A DNA stretch of 64,000 nt from Chiloscyllium plagiosum. Lineage: Eukaryota. The notes under the pieces are model-generated. The model did no database searches and was not told the DNA's origin. It saw only the letters and a program-made list of their open reading frames with translations. This document shows, piece by piece, positions 1 to 10,783 of this stretch. The translations under genes were made by a program, and so were the position numbers. Within the stretch, counting starts at the first letter, position 1; each line of letters starts with the position of its first letter. The stretch covers positions 50,040,892 to 50,104,891 of the forward strand of contig NC_057728.1 in NCBI RefSeq assembly GCF_004010195.1. Reading direction: 5' to 3'.

Positions 1-135
1 CAGACAGGTTGAGGCGGTTAATGTCCCGGTGGCAGTTGGAAATGAAGAGGTCGAGGGCAGGTAATAGGCCAGCGCAGGGTGTCCAGGTGGATGCAATGTG
101 TTGGAGGTGGGTGAAGGGGTCCTCAGAAGGTGGGT
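1..135 (-). mobile_element. Penelope-like element ORF fragment (region N-terminal of RT), runs off the window edge
   Basis: Minus strand reads PPSEDPFTHLQHIASTWTPCAGLLPALDLFISNCHRDINRLNLS, resembling the vertebrate PLE segment that precedes the KPADKG motif. Confidence 0.6.
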
Positions 136-3100
136 TCCAAATGGGTTCCATTCAGGAGTCTACTCGCGAATCCATTCATATGTACGTCAGGACATAATGT
201 GTGATCTCATACATGATCGCAAAGACTTGAAATATGAATACTTCCTGTACTTAGGAACAGTTCCTTCCATTGTATTGCATTGTGGTCTGACTTGTGACCC
301 AGTCCACCTGCAACCTTGGCACTGCCTGTAACCAAATCTTCCCTCAACCTACTTTGCTCTAAGGTAAACAACCCCACCCCATTCAATCACTCCTCATTGT
401 CACTAATCTCCATTCCTGACAATAATCTTTTTCATCTGATCAGATCCTTTCAGACCTGCATTGAGAGCACGAACTCTGGCCTAATTAGTGTTTCAAACTC
501 GGTTCAAAGGGAATGGGCAGAAAGTGGGAAAAGAGTACTGAGCTGGATGGTCAGTGGTGATCATATTGAATGGTAAATCAGGCTTGAAGGGCTGTGTGGC
601 CTATTCCTGCTCCTATTCTCTATGTTTCTGTATTGTTCTAAAGAATCATCCTTGCTCTTCAACTCTATATCTCAGCCAATAAAACAAGACCCAATGTACC
701 TACTAAATTACTTTATCCACCATTCCTGCTCCTTTCAGGGGTCTGTGAATATGCTGCCTAAGGCTTTTCAACATTTCTCAGAATTCTCCTATTTATTGCC
801 CATTCCTTTGTCCTGTATGAGTTCCCATTGCATCCCTTTGCACGCCTTGGCATTAAGATCCATTTGCCACTTGTCTGCCTGGCTGACGGCTAATTTCAAA
901 GGAACTCCCCTAGTTTTTTGTGGCCATGTTGGGCTCTCAATGCTTTCTTCACCTGACCGGAGACATACGACAGAGTTAGAAAGTGATGTCAGTGTCTCAC
1001 TAATGAGTTGAATGTTAATGGGACAATTGGACAGGATTTAATGCCCTCCCATGGTGATTTCATTTTGGGGCATGTGCATTTTAGTTTGGCAGGAGGGCGT
1101 CCCACAGAGCTACAGTTTCCACCTCTCGGCATAATTTTACCACAGCACAATCTGTTCCTGTATAACACTTATTGCCATTCAGTTCTCACAGCTGGAGATC
1201 CTTTTAACATTAGTCAAATGTACCGTCAGGAAAATGAGCACAATTAATTGACCAAGCAAAGTGCTGTTCATTAGCAAATGCAGTGACCACACTGTCTCAG
1301 AGCAGAAAGACATTACATGGAACTCATTTCTGGAGCTACTTTGACTATTACTTTTGATAAAAGAAGAAACGATTAATCACCATTTAGAATGATTTAGGAG
1401 ACATCAAGAATTCCTTGACTGGACCTATTCCTACCCTAGTCATTCTTTTATTCCTAACATACCTATAGAAAGCCTTAGGAAGAAACGATTAATCACCATT
1501 TAGAATGATTTAGGAGACATCAAGAATTACGCCGAAAGTTTGAGCCCAGAATACTGGACTAAATGAGTGCGGACCCTGAAAACTGTGGTGCTGGAAAAGC
1601 ACAGCCGGTCAGGCAGCATCCGAGGAGCAGGAGAGTCGATGTTTCAAGCATGGGTTCTTCATCAGGAATAAAGAGTTTATGCCGTGACCAGCACCACAGT
1701 CTCGACTCTGATCCCCAGCATCTGCAGTCCTCACTTTCTCATAGCGAACTTTGATAATGACTGCTGTTAAATGTAGGATTAGAATCACCAAATCAGAATG
1801 TTACAGCACAAGAGGCCATTCTGCCCATTATGCTCATACCTGCTTATCCTATTCCTTTGCTCTTTCCTCAACTTAGGGGGTTGTTTAGCTTAGTTTGTGA
1901 TGCAGAGTGACACCACCAGCATGAGGTGAAGTTACCATAAAGGACTCTCTTCAAACTCTCCCCTTGCCTAAGGTGTGGTAACCCTCAGGTTAAGGCACGC
2001 CCAGTCATCTCTCTCTCTCTTTCTCTCATGAGATAGTGGGACTACGGTGACTTTAACTTTTACCTTCAATCCCCTGCAATTTGTTTTTGTTTTCTTTTTT
2101 TAAGAAGAGATCCAATGACTATCTAATTTCTTAAGAATTTTGCCTATTTCAAATTTGAAACAATTGGATGATATTTCAATGTCATAGATCTGCTGCTTTG
2201 TGATGTCCTTCAAGTACGCTTTCCAATGCAGCCGCCCCATGTGCGAGGGTTTAACAATCCTGTGGTTTTCCAATGGTGTTTAATTACAGTGCAGACACAT
2301 TCTCACACGCTCTTTTATTTTTGGTACATTGCTTTGTCATCAGGTACAGTCAAGCACGATTAATGACTCCTGATGGCTCTGGCCTCTCTGGAGTTGGACA
2401 ATTGTTAGCTGCTTGGGAACTTATTTGTGATGCTCCACGTTCTACTTGTCATGCACGTGAAACCTTTGATGTAATTTATTGCATTTAATCACAATCTGAC
2501 AGGTGTACATGCCGTAAGGGATTTGGGGCATTTAGTTCTACTAAAGCATTCACACATTACTGCTGTTGCACAAACTTGATGCAAGAAGTTCATTCACTGG
2601 TATTATCCTTAGTATTGAGGAATGGAAAGCAATTAATTGCAATGCCTTCTGCAGCCTCATGACAATACTAAAGTGTTTTATGATAAATCACATCGGTGTT
2701 CCTTCACTGTCACTGGGTTCAAGTCCGGGCACTCCCTCTGTGGCTCATCCCAAAGTAGGCCATTCAGCCCAGCAAGTCTGCTCTGCTAATCAATTAGATC
2801 GGGGCTGATTTGCTAACCTTCAGTACCTTTTCCCCATTACCTTTCATTTTCTTATTGATTAAAATTCACCAATCGCAGCTTTGAATATTCTTAACTACGC
2901 AGCCTATACATACCTCTGTAACACAGAATTCCACACATTCATCTACCCTCCGTGAGAAGAAATATTTCCTCATCTTAGTCTTAAATGGGAAATCCTTGTG
3001 TTGGCCATAGACTCTCTCACAAAGCTAAACAACCTCCTGGCATCTACACCGTCAAGTCCTTGAGGAATCTTATATGTTTTGATAAGATCTCCTCTAGCTC

Positions 3101-3774
3101 TTTTAAATGCCAATGAGACCGAAGGGTCTCTTTCCATGCTGTCTAACTCTATGAGTGCTGACTCAACCTCTCCTCATTAAGAAAATCCCCCCATACCCAG
3201 AATCAATCTACTGTCTCAAATGCCAGAGTATCTTTCCTTAAAATAAGTGTGCCAAAATGGCTCAGATTGTTCCAGGCATGGTCTAAAGTAGACTCTTGTA
3301 CAATTTTGACCATATCTCTGTACATTTGTACTTGATTCCTTTGAAATCAAAGCTAACATTCAATTTGCCATCCCTATTAGCCGCTGAACTGGGATGTAGG
3401 CTTTTTGTGATTTAGTAATGAGGACCACCAAATCCCTCTGGACTGCAACTTGCTGCAGTCTTTTTTCTAAGGACAGTGGCTATTCAAAATGGCACCTCAC
3501 CACCAACTTCACAAGGGCATTAAGGGTTGAGCGACAAAGTCTGATTCGGCCAGTAACCTCTACATCCCATGAAGAAACAATGTTAAAGTGTACTTCTGTA
3601 ATGTATGAAACATAGTGGTCAGTTAGCATACAGCAAGTTCCCGCCAATGACGATTACACAACTGACAAGAGAGGAGGCCCAACACCTAACCACTGAGTCC
3701 TGCAGGCCAGATTTGTGAAGCTTAGCACTAATTGTGGTGAATTTGGCTGTCAATATTCTAAGTGCAGCTCAAGG

Positions 3775-4265
3775 CACCTCTTGTGGCATGGTGGTAGCAA
3801 CCCTACCCATAGCTGGGAGGCTTGGGTTCAAGTCCCACCTGCTCTGGAGGAGAAAGTGAGTACTGCAGATGCTGGAGATCAGAGCTGAAAATGTGTTGTT
3901 GGAAAAGCGCAGCAGGTCAGGCAGCATCCAAGGAGCAGGAGAATCGACTTTCGAATTGACAAATCTGCCTTCCTGAAGAAGGGCTCATGCCCGAAACATC
4001 GATTCTCCTGCTCCTTGGATGCTGCCTGACCTGCTGCGCTTTTCCAGCAACACATTTTCACCACCTGCTCTGGAGGTGTGTAATAAAACCTCTGAACAGG
4101 TTGATTAGAAAAATAGGTTAATTTTTTTTAAAAATGTAAGTGCAGCTCAAGGGGTCTTGAGGCACAGTGGTAGTGTTCCTATCTGAGAGTCAAGAGGCCC
4201 AGGTTCAAGTCCCATCTGCTCCAGCATTGTGTAACAGCATCTCCAAACAGGTTGATTAGAAAATA
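3775..4265 (+). mobile_element. Two tandem copies of a short (~120 bp) tRNA-derived SINE
   Basis: Consensus-like TCTTGTGGC...GTGGTAG...GGTTCAAGTCCCAC...GAACAGGTTGATTAGAAAA. Other copies at ~13142-13525, ~42362-42578 (-) and ~55300-55400. Confidence 0.75.
3851..4060. mobile_element. PLE pLTR-derived palindromic mini-insert
   Basis: Inverted arms; 16-bp direct repeat CCACCTGCTCTGGAGG at 3835-3850 and 4061-4076. Confidence 0.85.
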
Positions 4266-4459
4266 TTTAACGATGATTCAAACAATTTTCTATAAAGTGT
4301 TAAAATAATCTCTACCAATAGCTTTAAGACTCATCCTATTGCCCCATTAATTTGGCTAACAACCACTGATTAATTTTATTGATGACTTTGAATTGGGCAA
4401 ATTTGTCTGGAGACTTGTTGACCCTCTAGAGCATCGGTGAAACAAAGAGCTTCTATGAC

Positions 4460-7400
4460 CATATTAAAATAATTACAAGTTTATTTATTTGTTTATATTC
4501 AAAATACATATTAAACATATATTTGTTGTATAATTTTAATGTAATTATGATTTTACAAAATATATCACAAACTGTACACTTCATCACATATTAATCCATA
4601 TATTCTCCATCTGTAAGTGTTACACATGATTGTTCAGACTCACAACAGGAAGTTCACACCACTTAACCCCATCAACAGTGCGTCAATTACAACGGGATAA
4701 GACAGCAGCAGAATGAACCAGAACGCTTCAATTTTAACATTTTAGCTCACATATACTTCAAAATAGTTACACATTGCTAATCAGCAGCATACGAGTAACG
4801 CACAGTCTTTACTCTGTTACAATATTTACTATTGATGTTGGTATGTCTATCTGCATTACCACTAGATTATAGACACAAGAATGTATTGAAGCACACTGCA
4901 AGGGTGTTAAGGAACTGTCGTTAAATGGCGTCTCCTTTTTATTCAGTCCAAACATGATTTTTACTTCTCCCAAAGTGTTTTAATAATAACAACTATTTCT
5001 TGCCAACAGCATTGAGTGTTAGAAAGTTCCCTGCAAACAGGGGCACCATTTTTGCTTATAAAAATGCTCTGGAAAAATCTTATACAGATTTTAACAGCAA
5101 TAAATTTGCAACAGAATAGTTTGTCACATGTACATCATTGGTATGTGAAAATGCGAGGTTGAAACACACCACTAAAACTGCATTCCTCCTTCCTGGCACA
5201 TCCAATCCTCACTGGTCATTGTATCAGAATGGCCCAATGGGTTTTTCTGGGCTACTTTGCAATTGTATCTTTTTTTGGCAATTTTATTTTGTGGCATTAA
5301 AGTCAGGTGTAGATTAGATTTTAAAACAGTTTGCAATTTTAACACGTCCATTTTCAAAAGAACGGTAAAAGGAATGGTTGATGCTAGTGTGAAAGGAATC
5401 CCCCCAATTTTGCCTTAAAATTAAATAAAGCAATGTGAGATTATAACTTTATAGCCCATGACTTTATTTCTTTACAGCTGTAGTTTCTGTCCATTCTTGG
5501 CCAGATTAGGATTAGAACCATCTTTAACCAAAGTCTTCAGAGAATTAATCAATTGTCAAGGCCTGGTCTGGACAATTAATTCATAGAATCTCTATAATGT
5601 GGAAACAGGTCATTTGGTCCAACAAGTCGGCACCAACCCTCCGAAGAGTATCCCACCCAGACCTAGTCCCCTACCCCATTATTGTAAATTTCCCCTGATT
5701 AATGCACCTAACCTACACATCCTTGAACACTATGGGCAATTTAGCATGGCCAGTTCACCCAACCTGCACATCATTGGATTGTGGGAGGAAACCATAGCAA
5801 ACCCACGCAGACACAGGGAGAATGTGGAAACTTCACACAGACACAAGGCTGGAATCAAACCCGGGTCCCTGATGCTGTGAGGCATCAGTGCTAACCACTG
5901 AGCCACAGTGCCACCCAAAACAGGAACCAAAATGTTTTAATTAAAGCAGGAGTATCTGTGTAATTTAATAAACATTAGAAATGCTCAGGTTTAGGGTGCA
6001 TAGCTCGAAGATACTGGGGTGAAAGCTCTTATTGATTGTTTTTAGGAGTTTTTACACCAATGATAGACAAGTTGGATTCATGAGGTATTGTCCATGTCTT
6101 TTAACATATACAGCTTCATAGCGAAGAGAAAGCAGCTGTTTCTATCGTCATTAAATAAACCAAGCCTGAAAGTGTGGCAGAGATGGGTTCAATTGAAATA
6201 TTCAGAGGGCATTAGATGATTCAGAGGGAAACAACATGCAGGGTTGCAGGGAAGGAGAATGGCACTAAGTCACGATGCACATTTGGGGAGCCAATGAAGA
6301 TATGACGAACCAAATGCCTTCCTTCTGTGATTCCGTGAAACATTTAAGATGCTGCAAGCTTTGAAAATGGCAATAATGTAAAAGGCTAATGGACTGCATT
6401 TACTGGCTGTCATTACTGATGGGCTACTCCTAACGTGGGCGTTGTAATTGGTGATCGGTTAGTGACAGGACCTCAGAAGTCTGCTGCAAGAGAGATCCAC
6501 CACGGGGCTGGTGTACAATCCTCAAAGATACTTCCTACCCACCAGCGTGCAGAATACTCCAGAGAAATGCCGAGGGACATCAGATGAGGAGGAGTGGGCT
6601 GTAGGCTTTCCGGATTTTAAGGTGCATCTTAAACACAGCGGTTGCAAACTGCCAGTTTCCAATGCCAGATATAAAGGACACTCCACTGGTTCCCAGGTAA
6701 CTGCCTGCGTCATGGCAACAGACTTTGTAGCTTATGTTTGTCATCAAGTATCTCAATTGCAGTACAGCCCTGGCTGTTCTCTTTTCATATGAATATTTCA
6801 AAATCGTTCACATCTGAGTGTCAACTTCTAAGGGTTACCCGACAGGTTTCATTCTCGACAAAGTACAAAGTCTGCCTTTTCCCAGCGGATTCTTAAAAGG
6901 ACCTCATCATAATGAGGACAGGCTTAGGCCGCTCTTCCAACAAGAAAGAAAGATCAAGGAGTGAACTAGTCAAGAGGTTTAAAATGATTAATGAAGTTAA
7001 TACGGCAGATTGAGAGAAACTCTATTCCACCAGCTCTGCTTGGGAGGGCGCGCGGGGAGACTCACAAATCAACAGGCCAGGGACTTAAAGTTCCAGGCCA
7101 TTCAGCGTTAATGTAATGAAATACTTCTTCACACGAAGAGGGGTGGAATTTGGAACTCTGTCCCCCTCTGTAAGCTTGTAGGGCTGGATATCAATTTTAA
7201 AAAAACTTCAAGACTGGGATTGATGCATTGTTTACGAAAGGGAACTATCCTGGACGCTGAAAGTTTGAAATAAGTGCTCAAATATTCAGCAGGTCAGGGC
7301 AATATCTTTGGGAAAAGATCATTTCAGATTTGTAGCCGTATGACATAACCAGTTGATCAGAATTCTTCACCAAGGTAGGGAAATAGTGTAAGGTACACGG

Positions 7401-7725
7401 GCCAACCACCATTGAATGGAATGAGCTAGATGGGCAAGTGGGGTTGACTGGGCTCCTTCTGTTCCCATTTTCCTAATCAAAGGATTTAAAATTTTCAATA
7501 AAGAGTGATCTCCGTCACCGACATTTTCACATGCTAGTGATCCCTTGTAGTTCTTTGCAGAGTATCTGGACCCATCACCTCTGTCCACTCATGAAACAGT
7601 GTTGTGGGCTTCACCCACACTCACACTATTGCACTGCTTCACTCCTGTTCTATCAATAAGACAGACATTTCCAGATGCTCTCCAGTAACAACTCAGAGGT
7701 GTTCAGCCTTGGGCAAGCAGCAGCT
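4460..7725 (-). other. SYT10: Putative SYT10 3' UTR with candidate distal poly(A) signal
   Basis: Lies downstream of the stop codon. Overlapping AATAAA hexamers on the minus strand (plus-strand tttatttattt ~4480-4490) sit at the end of an AT-rich, non-repetitive stretch; further AATAAA candidates at ~5283 and ~5463. The end point is inferred. Confidence 0.4.
5581..5915 (-). mobile_element. HE1/V-type tRNA-derived SINE
   Basis: Head GGCAC.GTGGCTCAGTGGTTAGCACTG with A/B-box-like motifs, V-domain-like TCTCCCTGTGTCTGCGTGGGTTT, CR1-like tail. Confidence 0.85.
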
Positions 7726-7797
7726 CTACGGTGTGGGTGGCAGCTTTGGAGAAGGGCAGGATCCTTGACTGTCAAAGCTGGTCGCTCGACCTGGTGC
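7726..7797 (-). CDS. SYT10: Synaptotagmin-10 terminal coding exon 7 (not in the supplied ORF track)
   Basis: Acceptor TTGCAG|GCA, then APGRATSFDSQGSCPSPKLPPTP-TAG, matching the SYT10-type C-terminal tail (PGRATSFDSQGSCPSPK). 72 nt, phase 0 after exon 6; the preceding intron is 15.3 kb. Confidence 0.93.
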   Translation of the reverse strand, partial: APGRATSFDSQGSCPSPKLPPTP

Positions 7798-8094
7798 CTG
7801 CAACAGAATCATTTCAGATTTACTCCACAGACCAACCCCAGCGAATTCTGCTTTTATCTGTAAAAAATTTGTAATTGTATAAATTATCATGACACATTTC
7901 ACATTATTTTACTTTAAAAGTCTCATCACTGTTTTTAGAAAAGGGAAGCATGGCAGCCAGTTTTCACCCAGGAAGATCCCACAGACTGGGGCAAACCAAT
8001 GAGGGGATTACTGGTGTCTTTGATGACGTTGACCCATCACCTGAGAGCGCAAATCAGGCTCCGATTTATTTCACTCAAAACAGGCACTCTCCAA

Positions 8095-8913
8095 AGTACA
8101 GCACTCCCTCAGTACTGACCCTCCCGACAGTGCAGCACTCCCTCAGTACTGACCCTCCGACAGTGCGGCACTCCCTCAGTACTGACCCTCCCGACAGTGC
8201 AGCACTCCCTCAGTACTGACCGTCACGACAATGCAGCACTCCCTCAGCACTTACCCTCCAACAGTGCGGCACTCCCTCAGTACTGACCTTCCGACAGTGC
8301 AGCACTCCCTCAGCACTGACCCTCCCGACAGTGCAGCGCTTCCTCAGTACTGACCCTCCGACAGTGCGGCACTCCCTCAGTACTGACCCTCTGACCGTGT
8401 GACGCTCCCTCAGCACTGACCCTCTGACAATGCGACGCTCCCTCAGCACAGACCCTCCGACAGTGCGACGCTCCCTCAGCATTGACTCTTTGACAGTGCA
8501 GCACTCCCTCAGCAATGACTGTCTAACAGAGCGGCAATCCCTCAGTACTGACCTTTCGACAGTACAGCACTCCCTCAGTACTGACCCTCTGACAGTGCGG
8601 CACTCCCTCAGTACTGACCCTCCGACAGTGCAGCACTCCCTCAGTACTGACCTTCCAACAGTGCGACGCTCCCTCAGCACTGACCCTCCGACAGTGCGAC
8701 GCTCCCTCAGCACTGACCCTCTGATAGTGTGGTGGTCCCTCAGCACTGACCCTCCGACAGTGCGACACTCCCTCAGCACTGACTCTTAGACACTGCAGCA
8801 CTCCCTCAGTACTGACCCTCTGACAGTGCAGCACTCCCTCAGTACTGACCCTCTGACAGTGCAGCACTCCTTCAGCACCGACCCTCCGACAGTGCGGCAC
8901 TCCCCCAGCACTG
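8095..8913. repeat. 33-bp minisatellite, ~25 copies
   Basis: Unit CAGTGC(A/G)GCACTCCCTCAG(T/C)ACTGACCCTCCGA, head-to-tail with no spacers; it explains the 11-aa-periodic ORFs in the track. Confidence 0.95.
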
Positions 8914-9796
8914 GCACAGTGTTATGCTATCATTGGGTCAGTACAGAGGAAGCATTACATGGTCGGAAGGTTTTCAAAAAGACTTAATGGAATTCATGTG
9001 TCTTAAGGTGTGTAAAAAGCCAAGGGGAGAGACAGTGAAAGTTACAAGCATGAGTTTATAGCTGTCAGGAGTTGTAGCTATTTGATATTGTTTTGGAGTG
9101 GAGCTGGGGTATCGAATGTGCAGAGATAAGATGCATTGTTCAGCCATTGGCAGCTCCCTGCAAAGCCCCTGTAGGGTGAGTGAAAGCTGCAAAAAACAGA
9201 AAGAAAGGCTGCTGCAACATTTCCTCTCACCAGCTCCTGAACTTATTGCTTTTGAAGAAATCCTGGTGGCAGTGTCATCTACCTCGTGATGCCCGTTTAC
9301 CCGAGCCAGACTGAAAGCAATCTAGAGCATTTCAAAGTTAAAAATCACACAACACCAGGTTATAGTCCAACAATAGAACATCCCATATCTTCTCCTTTCA
9401 TTTTCAGAGAATTGACTAGTGTTTAGCCAAATATGGGCAAAAATAACCAAGTGTATATATTAATATTTTCATATTTCAAAACTGCATTAATCTGTCCTTC
9501 AGCTGATGAATCATTGGGCTTTTATAACAAATCAATAATTTTGTTATTGAAGAAATATAGTTGACAGATCTTGTTATTTTAAACCTAATGCAGATGAAAT
9601 GTTTAACTGGCCATATTGGCAACGGGATGAAACATATGGAATAGTGGGACTAGAGAGATGCTGTGCATTCATCTTCATCTCAGTCATAATACTTTTATAC
9701 TTTTTGTAAAGTCTAACTCGTTTACCAACATTTGAGGAAGAAAGATATTATGTCTTTACCGAGCCTGGCCTTTGCGGAACTCCAGACCCATAACAT

Positions 9797-10087
9797 GGTA
9801 CGGTGGCTCAGTGGTTAGCACTGCTGCCTTACAGCACCAGGGTCCCAGGTTTGATTCCAGCCTTGGATGACTGTCTGTGTAGAGTTTGCATATTCTCCCC
9901 GTGTCTGCGTGGGTTTCCTCCCACAATCCAAAGATGTGCAGCTCAGGTGAATTGGCTATGCTAAATTGCCTATAGTGGTAGGTGTATTAGTCAGAGGGAA
10001 ATGGGTCTGGGGTGGGTTACTCTTCGGAGGGTTGGTGTGGACTGGTTGGGTCGAAGGGTCTGTTTCCACACTGTAAGGAATCTAATC
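9797..10087 (+). mobile_element. HE1/V-type SINE
   Basis: Same head, body and tail as the 5581 copy. Confidence 0.85.
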
Positions 10088-10509
10088 AAAAAAATAAACC
10101 TTCACTGCTCTGTGAGATACCCAGAACGATACTGAGTTGTCAGGATGTTGGTGCCTGGTTATCTTCTGAAGGGTAATTTGTCATTTTGCAGAATTATTTG
10201 GAGAGGAGTACCAGGAGTACATTGGGGATCAGTTAGTTCAGTTGGCTGGACTGGTGGTTGAAATGCAGAGTGACACCAACAGTGTGAATCCAATTGCCCC
10301 ACCAGCTGAGGTTACCATGAAGACCACATCTTCTCAACCTCATGTCTTGCCCAAAGTCAAACTCACCACCAGTCCGCTGGTCCAGTAGGACAAGGTGAGT
10401 TTACTTACCAGTAAAGCATAACCTCCTGAACCTGTACTAATGACGTTGATTGATTTAATTTTGTTTTGAGATGTTGTGCATCCCTAAATGCCCTTTAACT
10501 GAGTGGCTC

Positions 10510-10783
10510 ATAGAATCCCTACAGTGCAGAAACAGACCCTTCAGCCCAACAAGTCTGCACCGACCTTCCAAAGAATATCCCACACAAACCCATTCCCTTA
10601 ACTAACACATCCCTGAACACTATGGGCAATTCAGCATGGCCAATTCACCTAATCTGCACATCTTTGGACTGTGGGAGGAAACTGGAGCATCCGGGGGAAA
10701 CCCACACAGACAGTTGCCTGAGGCTGGAATCAAACCCAGATCCCTGGCGCTGTGAGCTAGCAGTGCTAACCACTGAGCCACCG
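10510..10783 (-). mobile_element. HE1/V-type SINE
   Basis: Same family; inverted relative to the 9797 copy. Confidence 0.85.

Noticed and set aside
3879..4064. Recurrent short ORFs of the CCWKSAAGQAAS / LLGCCLTCCAFPA type (also 18422, 33794, 38258, 53248) as a peptide family
   Set aside because: They are translations of the non-coding PLE terminal repeat in both orientations.
8095..8913. CRISPR-like array, or repetitive proteins from ORFs 8210-8779, 8430-8789 and 8523-8900
   Set aside because: Units are contiguous with no unique spacers, there are no cas genes, and the context is a eukaryotic intron. The ORFs are a by-product of a 33-bp (3n) unit.
8945..9420. Possible solo LTR-like segments (also ~16255-16870, ~18640-18990, ~47080-47700)
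   Set aside because: Composition is suggestive, but I could not define TG...CA ends with TSDs or a second copy, so they are not reported as features.
9797..9870. tRNA genes at SINE heads (also 4150, 26476, 31545, 60090 and others)
   Set aside because: A/B-box-like heads continue into SINE bodies and tails, and I see no intact cloverleaf followed by a terminator.
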